Positions 9,399-18,940 are shown, counted from the stretch's first letter. The stretch is DNA of 59,190 bases from Verrucomicrobiota bacterium (GCA_018240105.1 JAFEGE010000094.1:1-59190), one strand, 5' to 3'. Notes: generated from the sequence alone by a model not told the origin. Numbers and translations are program-made.

Positions 9399-10772
9399 TT
9401 AATAAACTAGATGTGAAAAGGCGGATGTGAGATCCGGATAACGAAAGACATAACCGGTATCTAAAAGCTTCTTCGGGGTCGCTCGAATAGAAGCTAAAAG
9501 AAGAGGATCGGCCCCCTCACCAAAGATAAGGCGTAAAAGTGGCGCCGATATTGCTGGAAGAAGTGGTTTATATAAACGCTCTGTTAGCACTTTAGAAAAC
9601 TCTAAGTTTGTAACGGGCGAGGGACTTACAACATTAACTGCCCCCTTTAGCTCTTCTGTAAGTAGAGCGTGATAGATAGCACCTAAAACATCGTCAATAG
9701 CAATCCAACTCATGTACTGGTCCCCCTTTCCTAAAGGAGCGCCGAGCCCTAATTTAAAGTAAGATAGCATTTTTCTTAAGGCGCCGCCTTTAGAGCTTAA
9801 AACGACACCAAACCGTAAATGGACAACACGAACATCTGCTGTCCTTAGAAAGGAAGCGGCAGACTCCCAAGCTTGGCAGACATCTGCAAGAAAACCCTCT
9901 CCTTTACGATGCGTCTCTGTTACTACTTCGTCACCACAATCGCCATAAAATCCTACAGCAGAGGCGCAGAGGAAAACTTTAGGTGGCTCCTTTAAAGAGG
10001 TTAAGATCTTGACAATGTGACGCGTGACATCTTCTCGGCTCCGTAGAATTTTCTCTTTCTTCTTACGACTCCATCGCCCCTGAATCGACTCTCCAGAGAG
10101 GTGAATCATAGCATCAAAACCCTCTAAAAGGCTGCGATCACCCTGAAAACTTAAAGGGTCAAAAATAAGTTCATCTTTATTGTGGACCTTGCCTTTTTTC
10201 CGTAAAAGGGAGGCAACTTCATGGCCCATCGCCTTTAAAAAACTGACAAGGGCGCTTCCTACAAGACCATTTGCACCTGTAACAAGGATACGAAGCCTTT
10301 TTTGTCGACCAATCCTCTTTAAAAGATCCAAATCCTTATGCAAAATACTATGTTTATGATCAAAGAATCGCTTAAAGCGGTTTCTTACCCTCGATTCTCT
10401 ATACTCGGGTAAAAGCCAAGGCAAATAAAGAAGATACTCTACCGTCTCTAGTAGCTCTACACCCTTGCCCTCTGAGCGAAGCTCTGTTGTGACGTCAAAA
10501 GAGCGGAAAGGGCCTTTCTCTAGTTTCGTTCGTAAAATAAGCTGATGGTTAGGGTATTGGCAACGAAAGAGATAGTATGCTTTAAAGCAACCTCTCTCTA
10601 AAGAGCAAGAAAACTTCGTCTGTTTACCGGGCCAATCTATGCTCTCTAAAAAAGTAGCCTTCTCCCAAGAAGGAAAAAAACGAAAGAAAGTCCGCTCTCT
10701 CAAATGCCATTCATACACCTCTTCTTTGGTATAGGGCAGAACGATGCGGGCTGTAAATTTTGAAGGTCGCAT
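9399..10772 (-). CDS. SRPBCC-domain / TIGR01777 (YfcH-type) NAD-dependent epimerase-family fusion protein
   Basis: Rossmann motif ILVTGANGLVGSAL in the middle of the protein. C-terminal DUF1731-like end (PKKLLDTGYVFRYPDL). The ~150-aa N-terminal extension resembles an SRPBCC/cyclase fold. Confidence 0.75.
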   Translation of the reverse strand: MRPSKFTARIVLPYTKEEVYEWHLRERTFFRFFPSWEKATFLESIDWPGKQTKFSCSLERGCFKAYYLFRCQYPNHQLILRTKLEKGPFRSFDVTTELRSEGKGVELLETVEYLLYLPWLLPEYRESRVRNRFKRFFDHKHSILHKDLDLLKRIGRQKRLRILVTGANGLVGSALVSFLKAMGHEVASLLRKKGKVHNKDELIFDPLSFQGDRSLLEGFDAMIHLSGESIQGRWSRKKKEKILRSREDVTRHIVKILTSLKEPPKVFLCASAVGFYGDCGDEVVTETHRKGEGFLADVCQAWESAASFLRTADVRVVHLRFGVVLSSKGGALRKMLSYFKLGLGAPLGKGDQYMSWIAIDDVLGAIYHALLTEELKGAVNVVSPSPVTNLEFSKVLTERLYKPLLPAISAPLLRLIFGEGADPLLLASIRATPKKLLDTGYVFRYPDLTSAFSHLVY

Positions 10773-10874
10773 AGCTTTACCATTTTATGCGGACCCGTAA
10801 TAATACTCAAACAATACCAATCCTAGAAATGTAGATACATTCTCTAAGATTGGTTTAACGCGAAAACTACTGTA

Positions 10875-11144
10875 TTAGTCTCTTGGTCTTTTGCATTTAC
10901 CGCAGCAGCAAGAACCCTCTTTACAGCAACAGCAAAGAGCTTTAGCGCGTCCAAAGAAGCTAAGAGCCCAAATACCTGCAAGACCAACGATAGAAAAAAG
11001 CGCTCTTGCGCCAACTGTATATACACCCATAGGCTCGCCACCAAAGATCGCATTGATGACGTTATAGTTAAAAATACCTACGCAACCCCAATTGATTGCT
11101 CCGGCTACTACTAGAACCAAAGCTACAACATTAACAATAAACAT
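10875..11144 (-). CDS. DUF378-family small membrane protein with a poly-Cys tail
   Basis: ALVLVVAGAINWGCVGIFNYNVINAIFG matches the DUF378 core. The C-terminus is LCCCCKEGSCCCGKCK. Confidence 0.75.
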   Translation of the reverse strand: MFIVNVVALVLVVAGAINWGCVGIFNYNVINAIFGGEPMGVYTVGARALFSIVGLAGIWALSFFGRAKALCCCCKEGSCCCGKCKRPRD

Positions 11145-11263
11145 ATAACTCCCTAATTTATGTTTCTAACGAGCCAGATCCTAATGACGCTTTTATTTAA
11201 GTCAGCAAAAATATTTAAGTTATTTAAAATAAATATGATAAGATATTTTTTTAGAGCGTTTTA

Positions 11264-11292
11264 TTGACATTAAGAGGATTTTTTCCTAAGAT
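11264..11292 (+). promoter_or_regulatory. sigma70-like promoter for gatCAB (TTGACA-N17-TAAGAT)
   Basis: Perfect -35 TTGACA at 11264..11269, a 17-nt spacer, and TAAGAT at 11287..11292. The gatC ATG at 11301 lies about at the expected transcription start and has no SD. Confidence 0.45.
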
Positions 11293-11300
11293 ATTCTGCA

Positions 11301-11603
11301 ATGTCTTCATTTACCTCAGAGCAATTACATACCCTAGAAAAGCTGTGCCGCCTCAAGCTGACCCCAGAAGAGGAGCGCAAGTTTTGCGACAACTTAAAGC
11401 GAATGCTAGATTACATGGCTATGCTCAATGAGGTTGATACAGAAGGGGTAAAGCCATGCAGCCACGTTTTAGAGTCTATGACAGCCCCTTTAAGAGAGGA
11501 TATTGCAGAAAGGCTCATTCCGAGGAAAGAGTTCCTAGATAATGCCCCCGAGCATGTGGGCGGCATGATAAAAGTTCCTAAAGTCATAAAAGATGAACTG
11601 TAA
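11301..11603 (+). CDS. gatC: Asp/Glu-tRNA(Asn/Gln) amidotransferase subunit C
   Basis: 100-aa ORF immediately upstream of gatA, with a TAATG overlap. Size and position are typical. Confidence 0.9.
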   Translation: MSSFTSEQLHTLEKLCRLKLTPEEERKFCDNLKRMLDYMAMLNEVDTEGVKPCSHVLESMTAPLREDIAERLIPRKEFLDNAPEHVGGMIKVPKVIKDEL

Positions 11604-13072
11604 TGTATAAAAAAACCGCACGAGAACTACATCAGGATTTCGTAGAAGGCTCTTCTAGCGCCAAACAAATCGTCTCTTACTTTCTCGATAGAATTCACGC
11701 CTTCAATCCAAAAGTAGAGGCCCTTCTAACCGTTCTAAATGAAAGAGCTATGGCTAAAGCTGAGGCTTTAGATGAAAAAAGACGCCTTAACAAACCCCTC
11801 GGTAAGCTTGCAGGCTCTGTCATCATTGTAAAAGACAATATGCACATTAAGAATGAAAAGACAACCTGCGCCTCGAAATTCTTAGAACATTATAAAGCCC
11901 CCTTCAATGCAACCGTTGTCGATAAGATTGAACAAGAAGATGGTATTATCCTCGGAAAAGCAAACTTAGATGAGTTTGCGATGGGCTCTTCGACCGAATA
12001 CTCCGCCTTCTGTACAACAAAAAACCCCTGGGATACCGACCTTACAGCTGGAGGCTCCTCGGGCGGCTCTGCTGTATCGGTTGCCGCAAATTTTGCCCCT
12101 CTAGCGCTTGGTTCTGACACAGGTGGTTCCATTCGCCAACCCGCCGCTTTTTGCGGTATCTACGGCTTTAAACCTACCTATGGTCGCGTTTCTCGCTTTG
12201 GTTTAGTTGCTTTCGGCTCCTCTCTCGATCAGATAGGGCCATTTGCCCGCTCTGTAGAGGATATCGCCTTGATGCAAGAGGTAATCGCATCTCCTTGTCA
12301 AAATGACTCTACTAGTATCCAGGAACCTCCTCCCGCTTACCGCCAAGAGCTCTCCGCACCTATTAAAGGAAAAAAAATTGGGGTACCGGTAGCTCTTTTA
12401 GAAGAGGCTGATCCTGTCATTCGTGAAGCGATAGAAGAGGCTCTTAAAGTTTATAAATCTCTTGGCTGCGAGCTCGTAGAGATCAACTTAAGTTCTCTAA
12501 AATACAGTATACCGGTCTATTACATCTTAGCAACCGCAGAGGCCTCTACAAATTTAGCCCGCTTTGACGGCATACGTTATACAACACGCTCTAAAGCGGC
12601 TCAAACTCTTGAAGAGGTATATGAGCTCTCTAGAGGCGAAGGTTTTGGAGCAGAGGTAAAGCAGCGTATTTTCCTTGGTACCTATGTTCTTTCAGCCGGT
12701 TACCAAGACGCCTACTATAAAAAAGCGCAAAAAGTCCGCACTCTTATGATAGAGGATTATAAGCGTGCCTTTGCCCTATGCGACATGATAGCCCTACCGA
12801 CCACTTCAACGACAGCTTTTCCTCTCGCCTCTATCCAAGATCCCCTAAAAATGTATATGCAGGATATCTATACGATCTCTGCTAACCTTGTAGGGATCCC
12901 AACAATTTCTATGCCTATCGGCTTTGAGAAGAAGAAAAAGCCTATCGGCATGCAGCTCCAAGCGCCGCTTTTAAGGGATACAGAGGTCCTTACGTTTGCC
13001 TCTCATTTTGCTAAAGCCACTAGCTTTCATACTCACACCCCACCTCTTTTTGACAAGGAGCCTTCTCTATGA
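11603..13072 (+). CDS. gatA: Asp/Glu-tRNA(Asn/Gln) amidotransferase subunit A
   Basis: Amidase signature GGSSGGSAVSVAA...GSDTGGSIRQPA. ATGA overlap with gatB. Confidence 0.95.
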   Translation: MYKKTARELHQDFVEGSSSAKQIVSYFLDRIHAFNPKVEALLTVLNERAMAKAEALDEKRRLNKPLGKLAGSVIIVKDNMHIKNEKTTCASKFLEHYKAPFNATVVDKIEQEDGIILGKANLDEFAMGSSTEYSAFCTTKNPWDTDLTAGGSSGGSAVSVAANFAPLALGSDTGGSIRQPAAFCGIYGFKPTYGRVSRFGLVAFGSSLDQIGPFARSVEDIALMQEVIASPCQNDSTSIQEPPPAYRQELSAPIKGKKIGVPVALLEEADPVIREAIEEALKVYKSLGCELVEINLSSLKYSIPVYYILATAEASTNLARFDGIRYTTRSKAAQTLEEVYELSRGEGFGAEVKQRIFLGTYVLSAGYQDAYYKKAQKVRTLMIEDYKRAFALCDMIALPTTSTTAFPLASIQDPLKMYMQDIYTISANLVGIPTISMPIGFEKKKKPIGMQLQAPLLRDTEVLTFASHFAKATSFHTHTPPLFDKEPSL

Positions 13073-14520
13073 GCGGTCATCCCTACGATGAATGGGAGCC
13101 AGTCATTGGCCTCGAAATCCACGTCCAGTTGAATACCGAATCTAAAATGTTCGGCCGTGAACCAAACCAATTTGGCGATGAGCCTAACGTCAATATAGGG
13201 TATGTAGATACAGGGCAGCCAGGCGCTCTTCCTGTAATCAATAAAGCTGCTGTAAAAAAAGCGATTAACTTTGGCCTTGCGATCGGTGCCCGCATCAATC
13301 GCACCTCTTATTTTGATCGTAAATCCTACTTCTACCCCGACTGCCCCTTCAATTACCAGATTACACAGTTTTACCATCCAATCGTTGTTGGCGGTAGCGT
13401 TGAGACCGAAGTTAACGGAGAAACAAAGAGCTTTGCTATCCACCATGCCCACCTAGAAAATGATGCTGGTAAACTTATTCACTTTCCAGAGTTTGCAGGG
13501 GTTGACTTTAACCGCTCCGGCGCCCCCCTTCTCGAGATCGTCTCTGAGCCTTGCATGCACTCTCCTAAAGATGCCTCTGCCTATGGCCAAGCTGTAAAAG
13601 CGATTATGGAGTATATTGACTCCTCTTATTGCAATATGCAAGAGGGCCAGCTTCGTATGGATGCAAACATCTCTGTACGCAAAAAAGGTGAAACAGGCCT
13701 TAGACCTAAGACAGAAATCAAAAACATGAACTCCTTTTTCAATATGGAGCTCGCCATCGAAGCAGAGATTCTGCGCCAGATTGATTTCTATCTAGAAAAT
13801 CCCCGCGAACAAGTTACAAGCGGGACTTACCGCTTTGACCTCGAAAGAAAACGCACCATCCTCATGCGTAAAAAAGAGACAGCTGATGACTATCGGTACT
13901 TCCCAGAGCCAGATCTTCCCCCTCTTGTAGTCAGCCAAGCTTACATCGATGAACTTAAAAAAGAGCTACCCGAGCTACCACGCAGCCGCTATAAGCGTTA
14001 TGTAGAGTCTCTGGGTCTTAGCCCTTATAACGCCTCTATCCTTATCAACGATAAAAAACTCTCTGACGACTTTGAAAAGGGGCTAACTACTTGCAAAAAT
14101 CCAAAAGCCTTCTGTAATTGGCTTACTGTGGAATTTATCGGCCGCATAAAAGACTCCGGGCAAACGCTATCCTCCTACGGCATATTAGCAGCCCATGTAG
14201 CAGAGCTTGTAAACCTCATCGAGGAAAATGTCATCACCGGCAAAATCGCTAAAATGGTAGCCGACGATATGGTCAAAGCGCCAGGCACACCGCCTTCTAA
14301 AATTGTCGAGAGCAATAAAGATTACAAGCCGATCACAGACACCTCTTTCTTAGATACCGTCTTAGAACAAGTCATCGTCAATAACCCAACCTCTATCGAA
14401 GATTACAGAAACGGTAAAGCAAAGGCTTTTGAATACCTTATCGGACAGGTAATGAAAACAACCCAAGGTAAAGCACCACCAGACCTCGTCCGCACAAAGC
14501 TCTTAGAAAAACTTAAATAG
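13069..14520 (+). CDS. gatB: Asp/Glu-tRNA(Asn/Gln) amidotransferase subunit B
   Basis: N-terminal WEPVIGLEIHVQL block and C-terminal YqeY-like tail (GKAKAFEYLIGQVMK). Confidence 0.95.
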   Translation: MSGHPYDEWEPVIGLEIHVQLNTESKMFGREPNQFGDEPNVNIGYVDTGQPGALPVINKAAVKKAINFGLAIGARINRTSYFDRKSYFYPDCPFNYQITQFYHPIVVGGSVETEVNGETKSFAIHHAHLENDAGKLIHFPEFAGVDFNRSGAPLLEIVSEPCMHSPKDASAYGQAVKAIMEYIDSSYCNMQEGQLRMDANISVRKKGETGLRPKTEIKNMNSFFNMELAIEAEILRQIDFYLENPREQVTSGTYRFDLERKRTILMRKKETADDYRYFPEPDLPPLVVSQAYIDELKKELPELPRSRYKRYVESLGLSPYNASILINDKKLSDDFEKGLTTCKNPKAFCNWLTVEFIGRIKDSGQTLSSYGILAAHVAELVNLIEENVITGKIAKMVADDMVKAPGTPPSKIVESNKDYKPITDTSFLDTVLEQVIVNNPTSIEDYRNGKAKAFEYLIGQVMKTTQGKAPPDLVRTKLLEKLK

Positions 14521-14531
14521 AGAGGCTCTCT

Positions 14532-15392
14532 ATAGAGTACGAAGAAGAGTTCTTTTCTGTCTTAGCTGCAGAAAAAGGGATTAGCTCTAATACTATAAGC
14601 GCCTACAGAAGAGATTTAAGGGCTTTTTCACGCTACACAAACGAAAAAACTCTCTTACAAATCACCCCAGAGGATCTTCTCTCCTTCCTATCACATCTGC
14701 AACAAAAAGGGTACGCCAGCACCTCTATTGCCAGGATGGCCATCTCGCTACGCCTTTTTTTCCGCTTTTTACAAAGCGAAGATAAAATCAGTAAAGAGGC
14801 AAGCTTTCTCTTAGATACACCAAAAATCTGGCAGTCGATTCCAGATATACTGACCTTTGAAGAGATAAAAAGCCTCTTTGCCACCCTCGACACAACAACT
14901 CTTATGGGTAAAAGAGATAGAGCCATCCTAGAGCTTCTTTACGCCGCAGCCCTTCGCGTCTCTGAAATCTGCTCTTTAAATCTTTTTGATGTCGACGACA
15001 CACAGATCAAAGTAAAGGGTAAGGGTGGTAAAGAGCGTATCGTACCTATCGGAGAGGGAACTTCTCTCATAGTTGATGCCTATCTGACAGTAAGAGCCTC
15101 TCCCCAAGAGAACAACCCTCCTCTTTTTTTAACCCCACGCGGTAAACGCATCGATAGGTTCTTTGTCTTTCTTATGATAAAAGAGGCTGCCAAAAAAGCG
15201 CTTCTCACTAAGAACGTCTCGCCCCATACATTACGCCACTCAGCCGCTACACATCTTTTAGAAAATGGCGCCGATATTCGTATTATACAAGAAATCTTAG
15301 GCCACGCTCATATCGGAACAACAGAGCGCTATACACACATCTCAAAGGCGCATTTAACAACAGCCTTTACGTCCTTTCACCCGCGTGACTGA
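14532..15392 (+). CDS. xerD: tyrosine recombinase, XerD-like; start codon unresolved
   Basis: Catalytic C-terminus HTLRHSAATHLL...LGHAHIGTTERYTH. The N-terminal core-binding domain (AEKGISSNTISAYRRDL) is in the same frame upstream of the first ATG (14736), but that stretch has no ATG, GTG or TTG. ATA at 14532 follows a GAGAGG SD-like box. Confidence 0.8.
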   Translation: MEYEEEFFSVLAAEKGISSNTISAYRRDLRAFSRYTNEKTLLQITPEDLLSFLSHLQQKGYASTSIARMAISLRLFFRFLQSEDKISKEASFLLDTPKIWQSIPDILTFEEIKSLFATLDTTTLMGKRDRAILELLYAAALRVSEICSLNLFDVDDTQIKVKGKGGKERIVPIGEGTSLIVDAYLTVRASPQENNPPLFLTPRGKRIDRFFVFLMIKEAAKKALLTKNVSPHTLRHSAATHLLENGADIRIIQEILGHAHIGTTERYTHISKAHLTTAFTSFHPRD

Positions 15393-16944
15393 TGCCGCCT
15401 ATCCGAGCTCTTATAGCTCGCATCTTCTCTTCTAACCGATTTCGCTCTTCCTGTGACAGCATAGCATAGACAAAGGTCCCTGTTTGTGTAGCAATCCCAA
15501 GTGTCCCAAAGATAACAATGAGAAGTAGAGGTAATAACCCGGCAGAGAAATAAGTCCCCGCTACCACAGAGGCGATCGTTAACGCAAGGAATAGTCCTAA
15601 GAAGATCTTATCTTTGAGGGTTGCCTCTTTTAAGCCGGCAAGCTTTACCTTCAAAAAGTAGCCATCGATAAGAAGCCATGCTATGTTTATCACTAACAAG
15701 AGCGCCAAACCTACCGCAAGACCTATTCCCCCTGTGCAAACTGTCAAAAGGGCAATCGCAACAATACTTAAGATAGCAACAGCCACAATCGTAAGATTTG
15801 TAAAAACATTTTTTAAAGCTTCACTTCTTGCTAAGGCAATAACTTCTCGCATCTCTTCTATCGTAGGATCTTTAAGGGCCTTTAATCTTTGAAGCGATCC
15901 CTCGCCCGCAGCTCTTTTATAGGCAGCCTCTTTTGTAAGCTTTACATCAATGCACTGCTGCATGGCTATATCTCTAAAAATCTCTTTGCTTGTACCGTCT
16001 GGCATCTCACTAAACCATTCATTGACCATTGCTTGTTCGTTCTCGGTAAGAATACCCGTACTTTGCTTTACCTCTCTTGGTCTAGCTTCTAATTTTTTCA
16101 TCACCTCTCTGACATCATCTTCTGTAAGATCGATACGTTCGCGTAATGTTTTATAAGCAGCTTTTACTTCCTCTTCAGAAGAGTCTTTTACTAACTTTGG
16201 TATAGCTCTTAAAAAAGCAGTCCCTTTGGCAATCGCAAAACCACATGAGCCACAGATTACAGCAAAAAAGACGCAACTAATAGAGCCAGCGCTCACACCT
16301 ACCACTTTGTCAGCTGCTAAAAGCGTTTTAGACCCTGTCTTATCAAAAAAAGTCGCAATCGCAAGACCTCTTATCATACCCCACGCAATACCGCTTATGG
16401 TTTCAAGAGCTCCCTTGACAAGGCCAATACCTGCTAAAGCCTTACCTGCAAAATCATTGATCGCTCGAGCTGTTCTTAAGGCGTCAAAGGCGTTTTGCAC
16501 AGCCACAAGCCCTGTCCATAAAGTAGCCATAGAGCTCACTTTAAAAATAGATAAAAGACCTAAAGACTCTACACCCTTTACGTAGCCAATAGCGGCAGCA
16601 ACGCCTGGGAAGTCGGAGGTCGCATAAACAACAGAGGCACTCGCAGGTTTTACTAAAATAGGGCCTCTTGAGGCCTCTTTAATAGCCTCTCGCCCCACTT
16701 TATCAACCAAAAAAGAGACTCTTTCAACCCTTCCGTCTACAAGAAGATCAGCTTTTCTATAAGGCATCTCTAAACCAACTCGTGCCTCTGAAAAGCCCTT
16801 AGGTAAAACTACCGTATAGGTACGCCTTCCTAAAAACCCTCTTCCAGCTAAAACAACAGCCTCTGTGCCCTCTATATCGCTTCTTATAGCTAACATACGG
16901 CTTAATGGCGGTATACTGCCTGTCATGGTACTCATAATAGTCAC
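15367..16944 (-). CDS. large membrane protein with two bilobed hydrophobic domains (Inc-like candidate)
   Basis: 525-aa ORF. It has paired TM segments separated by short loops, e.g. NLTIVAVAILSIVAIALLTVCTGGIGLAVGLALLLVINIAWLLI, plus a second pair near the C-terminus. No family recognised. Confidence 0.6.
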   Translation of the reverse strand: MTIMSTMTGSIPPLSRMLAIRSDIEGTEAVVLAGRGFLGRRTYTVVLPKGFSEARVGLEMPYRKADLLVDGRVERVSFLVDKVGREAIKEASRGPILVKPASASVVYATSDFPGVAAAIGYVKGVESLGLLSIFKVSSMATLWTGLVAVQNAFDALRTARAINDFAGKALAGIGLVKGALETISGIAWGMIRGLAIATFFDKTGSKTLLAADKVVGVSAGSISCVFFAVICGSCGFAIAKGTAFLRAIPKLVKDSSEEEVKAAYKTLRERIDLTEDDVREVMKKLEARPREVKQSTGILTENEQAMVNEWFSEMPDGTSKEIFRDIAMQQCIDVKLTKEAAYKRAAGEGSLQRLKALKDPTIEEMREVIALARSEALKNVFTNLTIVAVAILSIVAIALLTVCTGGIGLAVGLALLLVINIAWLLIDGYFLKVKLAGLKEATLKDKIFLGLFLALTIASVVAGTYFSAGLLPLLLIVIFGTLGIATQTGTFVYAMLSQEERNRLEEKMRAIRARIGGISHAGERT

Positions 16945-17102
16945 CTCTATAGAATTTCTTTTTTCACATAATATTATAACAAAAAAATTATATTATTATC
17001 AATAATTAATGTGAATATTAATTAAATACATCAATATATTGATTTTTTTAATTAGTTTTTATATAATTATAGTAAGATTAATTAGAACCATTAAGGATAT
17101 TT

Positions 17103-18371
17103 ATGGCTATAGATGCCTCACCTATTCGCGCCACCCCTGAACCAATACGATCGGATTCTCCACCCCTACCCCCACCGCCTCCGCCTGCCCCTTTAAAGCT
17201 AGGAACTATGACATTTATGGTAAATGGGGCCCCCGTTAGCTATAAAGTGACTGTAATAGGTCTTACAGCTGATGGAAGTCCTGCAGCTCTTCGTCGGATA
17301 GCTGCGGCTACGAAAAGCGCAGCTTTTGAGGCTTTAGAGAAGGCTGTTAAGAATCACTTCAATTCCCGCGAATCGGTTATTTCTGGCCCTATCAGCGCTA
17401 TTGATAGAGAAGGGATTTCCTACACGAGAGGAGCTGATACTGTAAGAGAAGCTCTCTCTACTGAGAACCGTGATTTTGATTCTAACCAAACAGCTGACTC
17501 TCGATTTCGCGAATTTGAAGATCTAATTTTAGGAAGAGGTGACCCAAGAATGGAGGAAGCCCCTGAGACACCCAGACGAGCTTCTCCAAGATATATGGCC
17601 GCAGGCGTTGAACGTAGACCCAGAGATGGAGTCGGATCAGCAGTACCCCCTACAAGGCCTCGTCATAGCCGAGTAGAAGAGCTTGGTGATACTCCATTAG
17701 CAGATTTTCCGGTCCTTCCAAGAGGAAGCGCTGGCTCAGCAGCTAGTGTAACCCTACTTCCTCCTCCACCTAGAGGAGAAGCTCCACAACCTAGCGTACC
17801 CGCCTCTTCACCTGGATTAAGAGTACATTTCACATCGGGAGCAGACGTTCCTAACTCCGATGATGAGGATAATGCATCAATAGGAGGAGGGATTCTTTCT
17901 CCCATGGAAAGCTCAGCTCCTGCCCCAATTGCTAGAGGAAGATTTGCATCTTTTACCCAAAGAACTAGAAGCGCATTTCATACAGTTGGACGCGCGCTAG
18001 GTACAGCCGCAGAAGCAACATTAGGCGTAACTGAGCGTTTGGCAGGCTTAAGACCTGATATAGCATCAGAGCCTGTAGAAGCCTCTGAAGCTCCTATACC
18101 CCCACCCGCCCCAGCACCCGAGGAAGGTCGATTAGATACGGCATTAACTATATTAGGATCTCTCCTTGGCATGGGGGCTCCAGAAGTTTCTCGGAGACAG
18201 CCTTCCACTCCAGCAGCCCCTCCCTCTACTACCCGAGTAGTTGTAGCAACCTCTCCAGTCCCACATACTGGGCGAACAGAAGAAGAAGTGAGAGCTGCGG
18301 ATAGGGCTCGAGAAGAACATCTACGTCGTCGGGTTGATGCTGCTCGTGCTGCTGAAACTGCTAGGTCTTAA
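17103..18371 (+). CDS. Pro/Ala/Arg-rich hypothetical protein (secreted-effector candidate)
   Basis: 422-aa ORF behind an AAGGA SD. Contains a poly-Pro run SPPLPPPPPPAP. Locally much more GC-rich than its surroundings. Confidence 0.6.
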   Translation: MAIDASPIRATPEPIRSDSPPLPPPPPPAPLKLGTMTFMVNGAPVSYKVTVIGLTADGSPAALRRIAAATKSAAFEALEKAVKNHFNSRESVISGPISAIDREGISYTRGADTVREALSTENRDFDSNQTADSRFREFEDLILGRGDPRMEEAPETPRRASPRYMAAGVERRPRDGVGSAVPPTRPRHSRVEELGDTPLADFPVLPRGSAGSAASVTLLPPPPRGEAPQPSVPASSPGLRVHFTSGADVPNSDDEDNASIGGGILSPMESSAPAPIARGRFASFTQRTRSAFHTVGRALGTAAEATLGVTERLAGLRPDIASEPVEASEAPIPPPAPAPEEGRLDTALTILGSLLGMGAPEVSRRQPSTPAAPPSTTRVVVATSPVPHTGRTEEEVRAADRAREEHLRRRVDAARAAETARS

Positions 18372-18931
18372 TAAGACTGAGAGTTACCGCAACCGCAAGA
18401 AGACTTTGCGTTCGGGTTGCTGATCTTAAAGCCGGCGCCATTAAGGCCGTCAAAGAAGTCAATCTCTGATCCCATAAGACGCTTTAGGGAGTTATTGTCG
18501 ATATGGATAGTAACGCCATTAGAAGAGAGAACAGCATCATTTGGCTTGGCTTCTTTGGAGAAGTCTAGAACATATTCAAAGCCACTGCAGCCGCCTGGCT
18601 TGTCACCAAAGCGTAGGGCCAAGTCTCCTTTGCCCTCTTCTGCACAGATCTCGAGGAATTTTTTAGCAGCTCTTTTAGTAAGGGTGATAGAAGAGAGGTC
18701 TTGCTTTTCAGCTAAGACTTCATTTAAACGGTCCACAAGCTCTTGGACATCCTCTTCACTCATACCATGGCCAAGCATACCAGCCTCTAAAGTCTCATAG
18801 GTCGCAGCGCCACAGCCCACACAATGAAGGCCCATGTTGGTGATCTCTTGGGCAAGTTTTTGGCTTTTATGGGGCCAGTTCCCTAAGATATCAGAAATCG
18901 TCATCTCTTTATTTACTGTAGCTTCTGTCAT
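18368..18931 (-). CDS. DUF1858-like redox-disulfide domain fused to a HesB/IscA Fe-S cluster carrier domain
   Basis: N-domain LHCVGCGAATYETLEAG. C-domain GGCSGFEY ... SCGCG, the IscA/ErpA signature. Confidence 0.8.
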   Translation of the reverse strand: MTEATVNKEMTISDILGNWPHKSQKLAQEITNMGLHCVGCGAATYETLEAGMLGHGMSEEDVQELVDRLNEVLAEKQDLSSITLTKRAAKKFLEICAEEGKGDLALRFGDKPGGCSGFEYVLDFSKEAKPNDAVLSSNGVTIHIDNNSLKRLMGSEIDFFDGLNGAGFKISNPNAKSSCGCGNSQSY

Positions 18932-18940
18932 AGGAACCCC

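Noticed and set aside
11890-13641. Minus-strand and alternate-frame ORFs inside gatA/gatB (11890..12132, 13033..13452, 13083..13304, 13271..13456, 13453..13641)
   Set aside because: They are embedded in highly conserved gatA/gatB coding sequence and their translations are low-complexity or nonsense.
14500-14535. gatB-xerD fusion by frameshifting as an explanation for the missing xerD start
   Set aside because: The xerD frame contains TAA at 14514..14516, just upstream of the gatB stop. A shifted ribosome would therefore terminate before entering the xerD domain.
14532-15392. Tyrosine recombinase as the integrase of a mobile island
   Set aside because: The N-terminal NTISAYRRDL block and the C-terminal motifs are of the chromosomal Xer type. 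I found no flanking direct repeats, tRNA target or cargo genes.
17663-18208. Antisense ORFs 17663..17905 and 17978..18208 (the same applies to 20971..21201 and 21419..21799)
   Set aside because: They arise from GC-rich, Ala/Pro-codon-rich regions, where stop codons are rare in all frames. The sense ORFs are much longer and have SD sequences.
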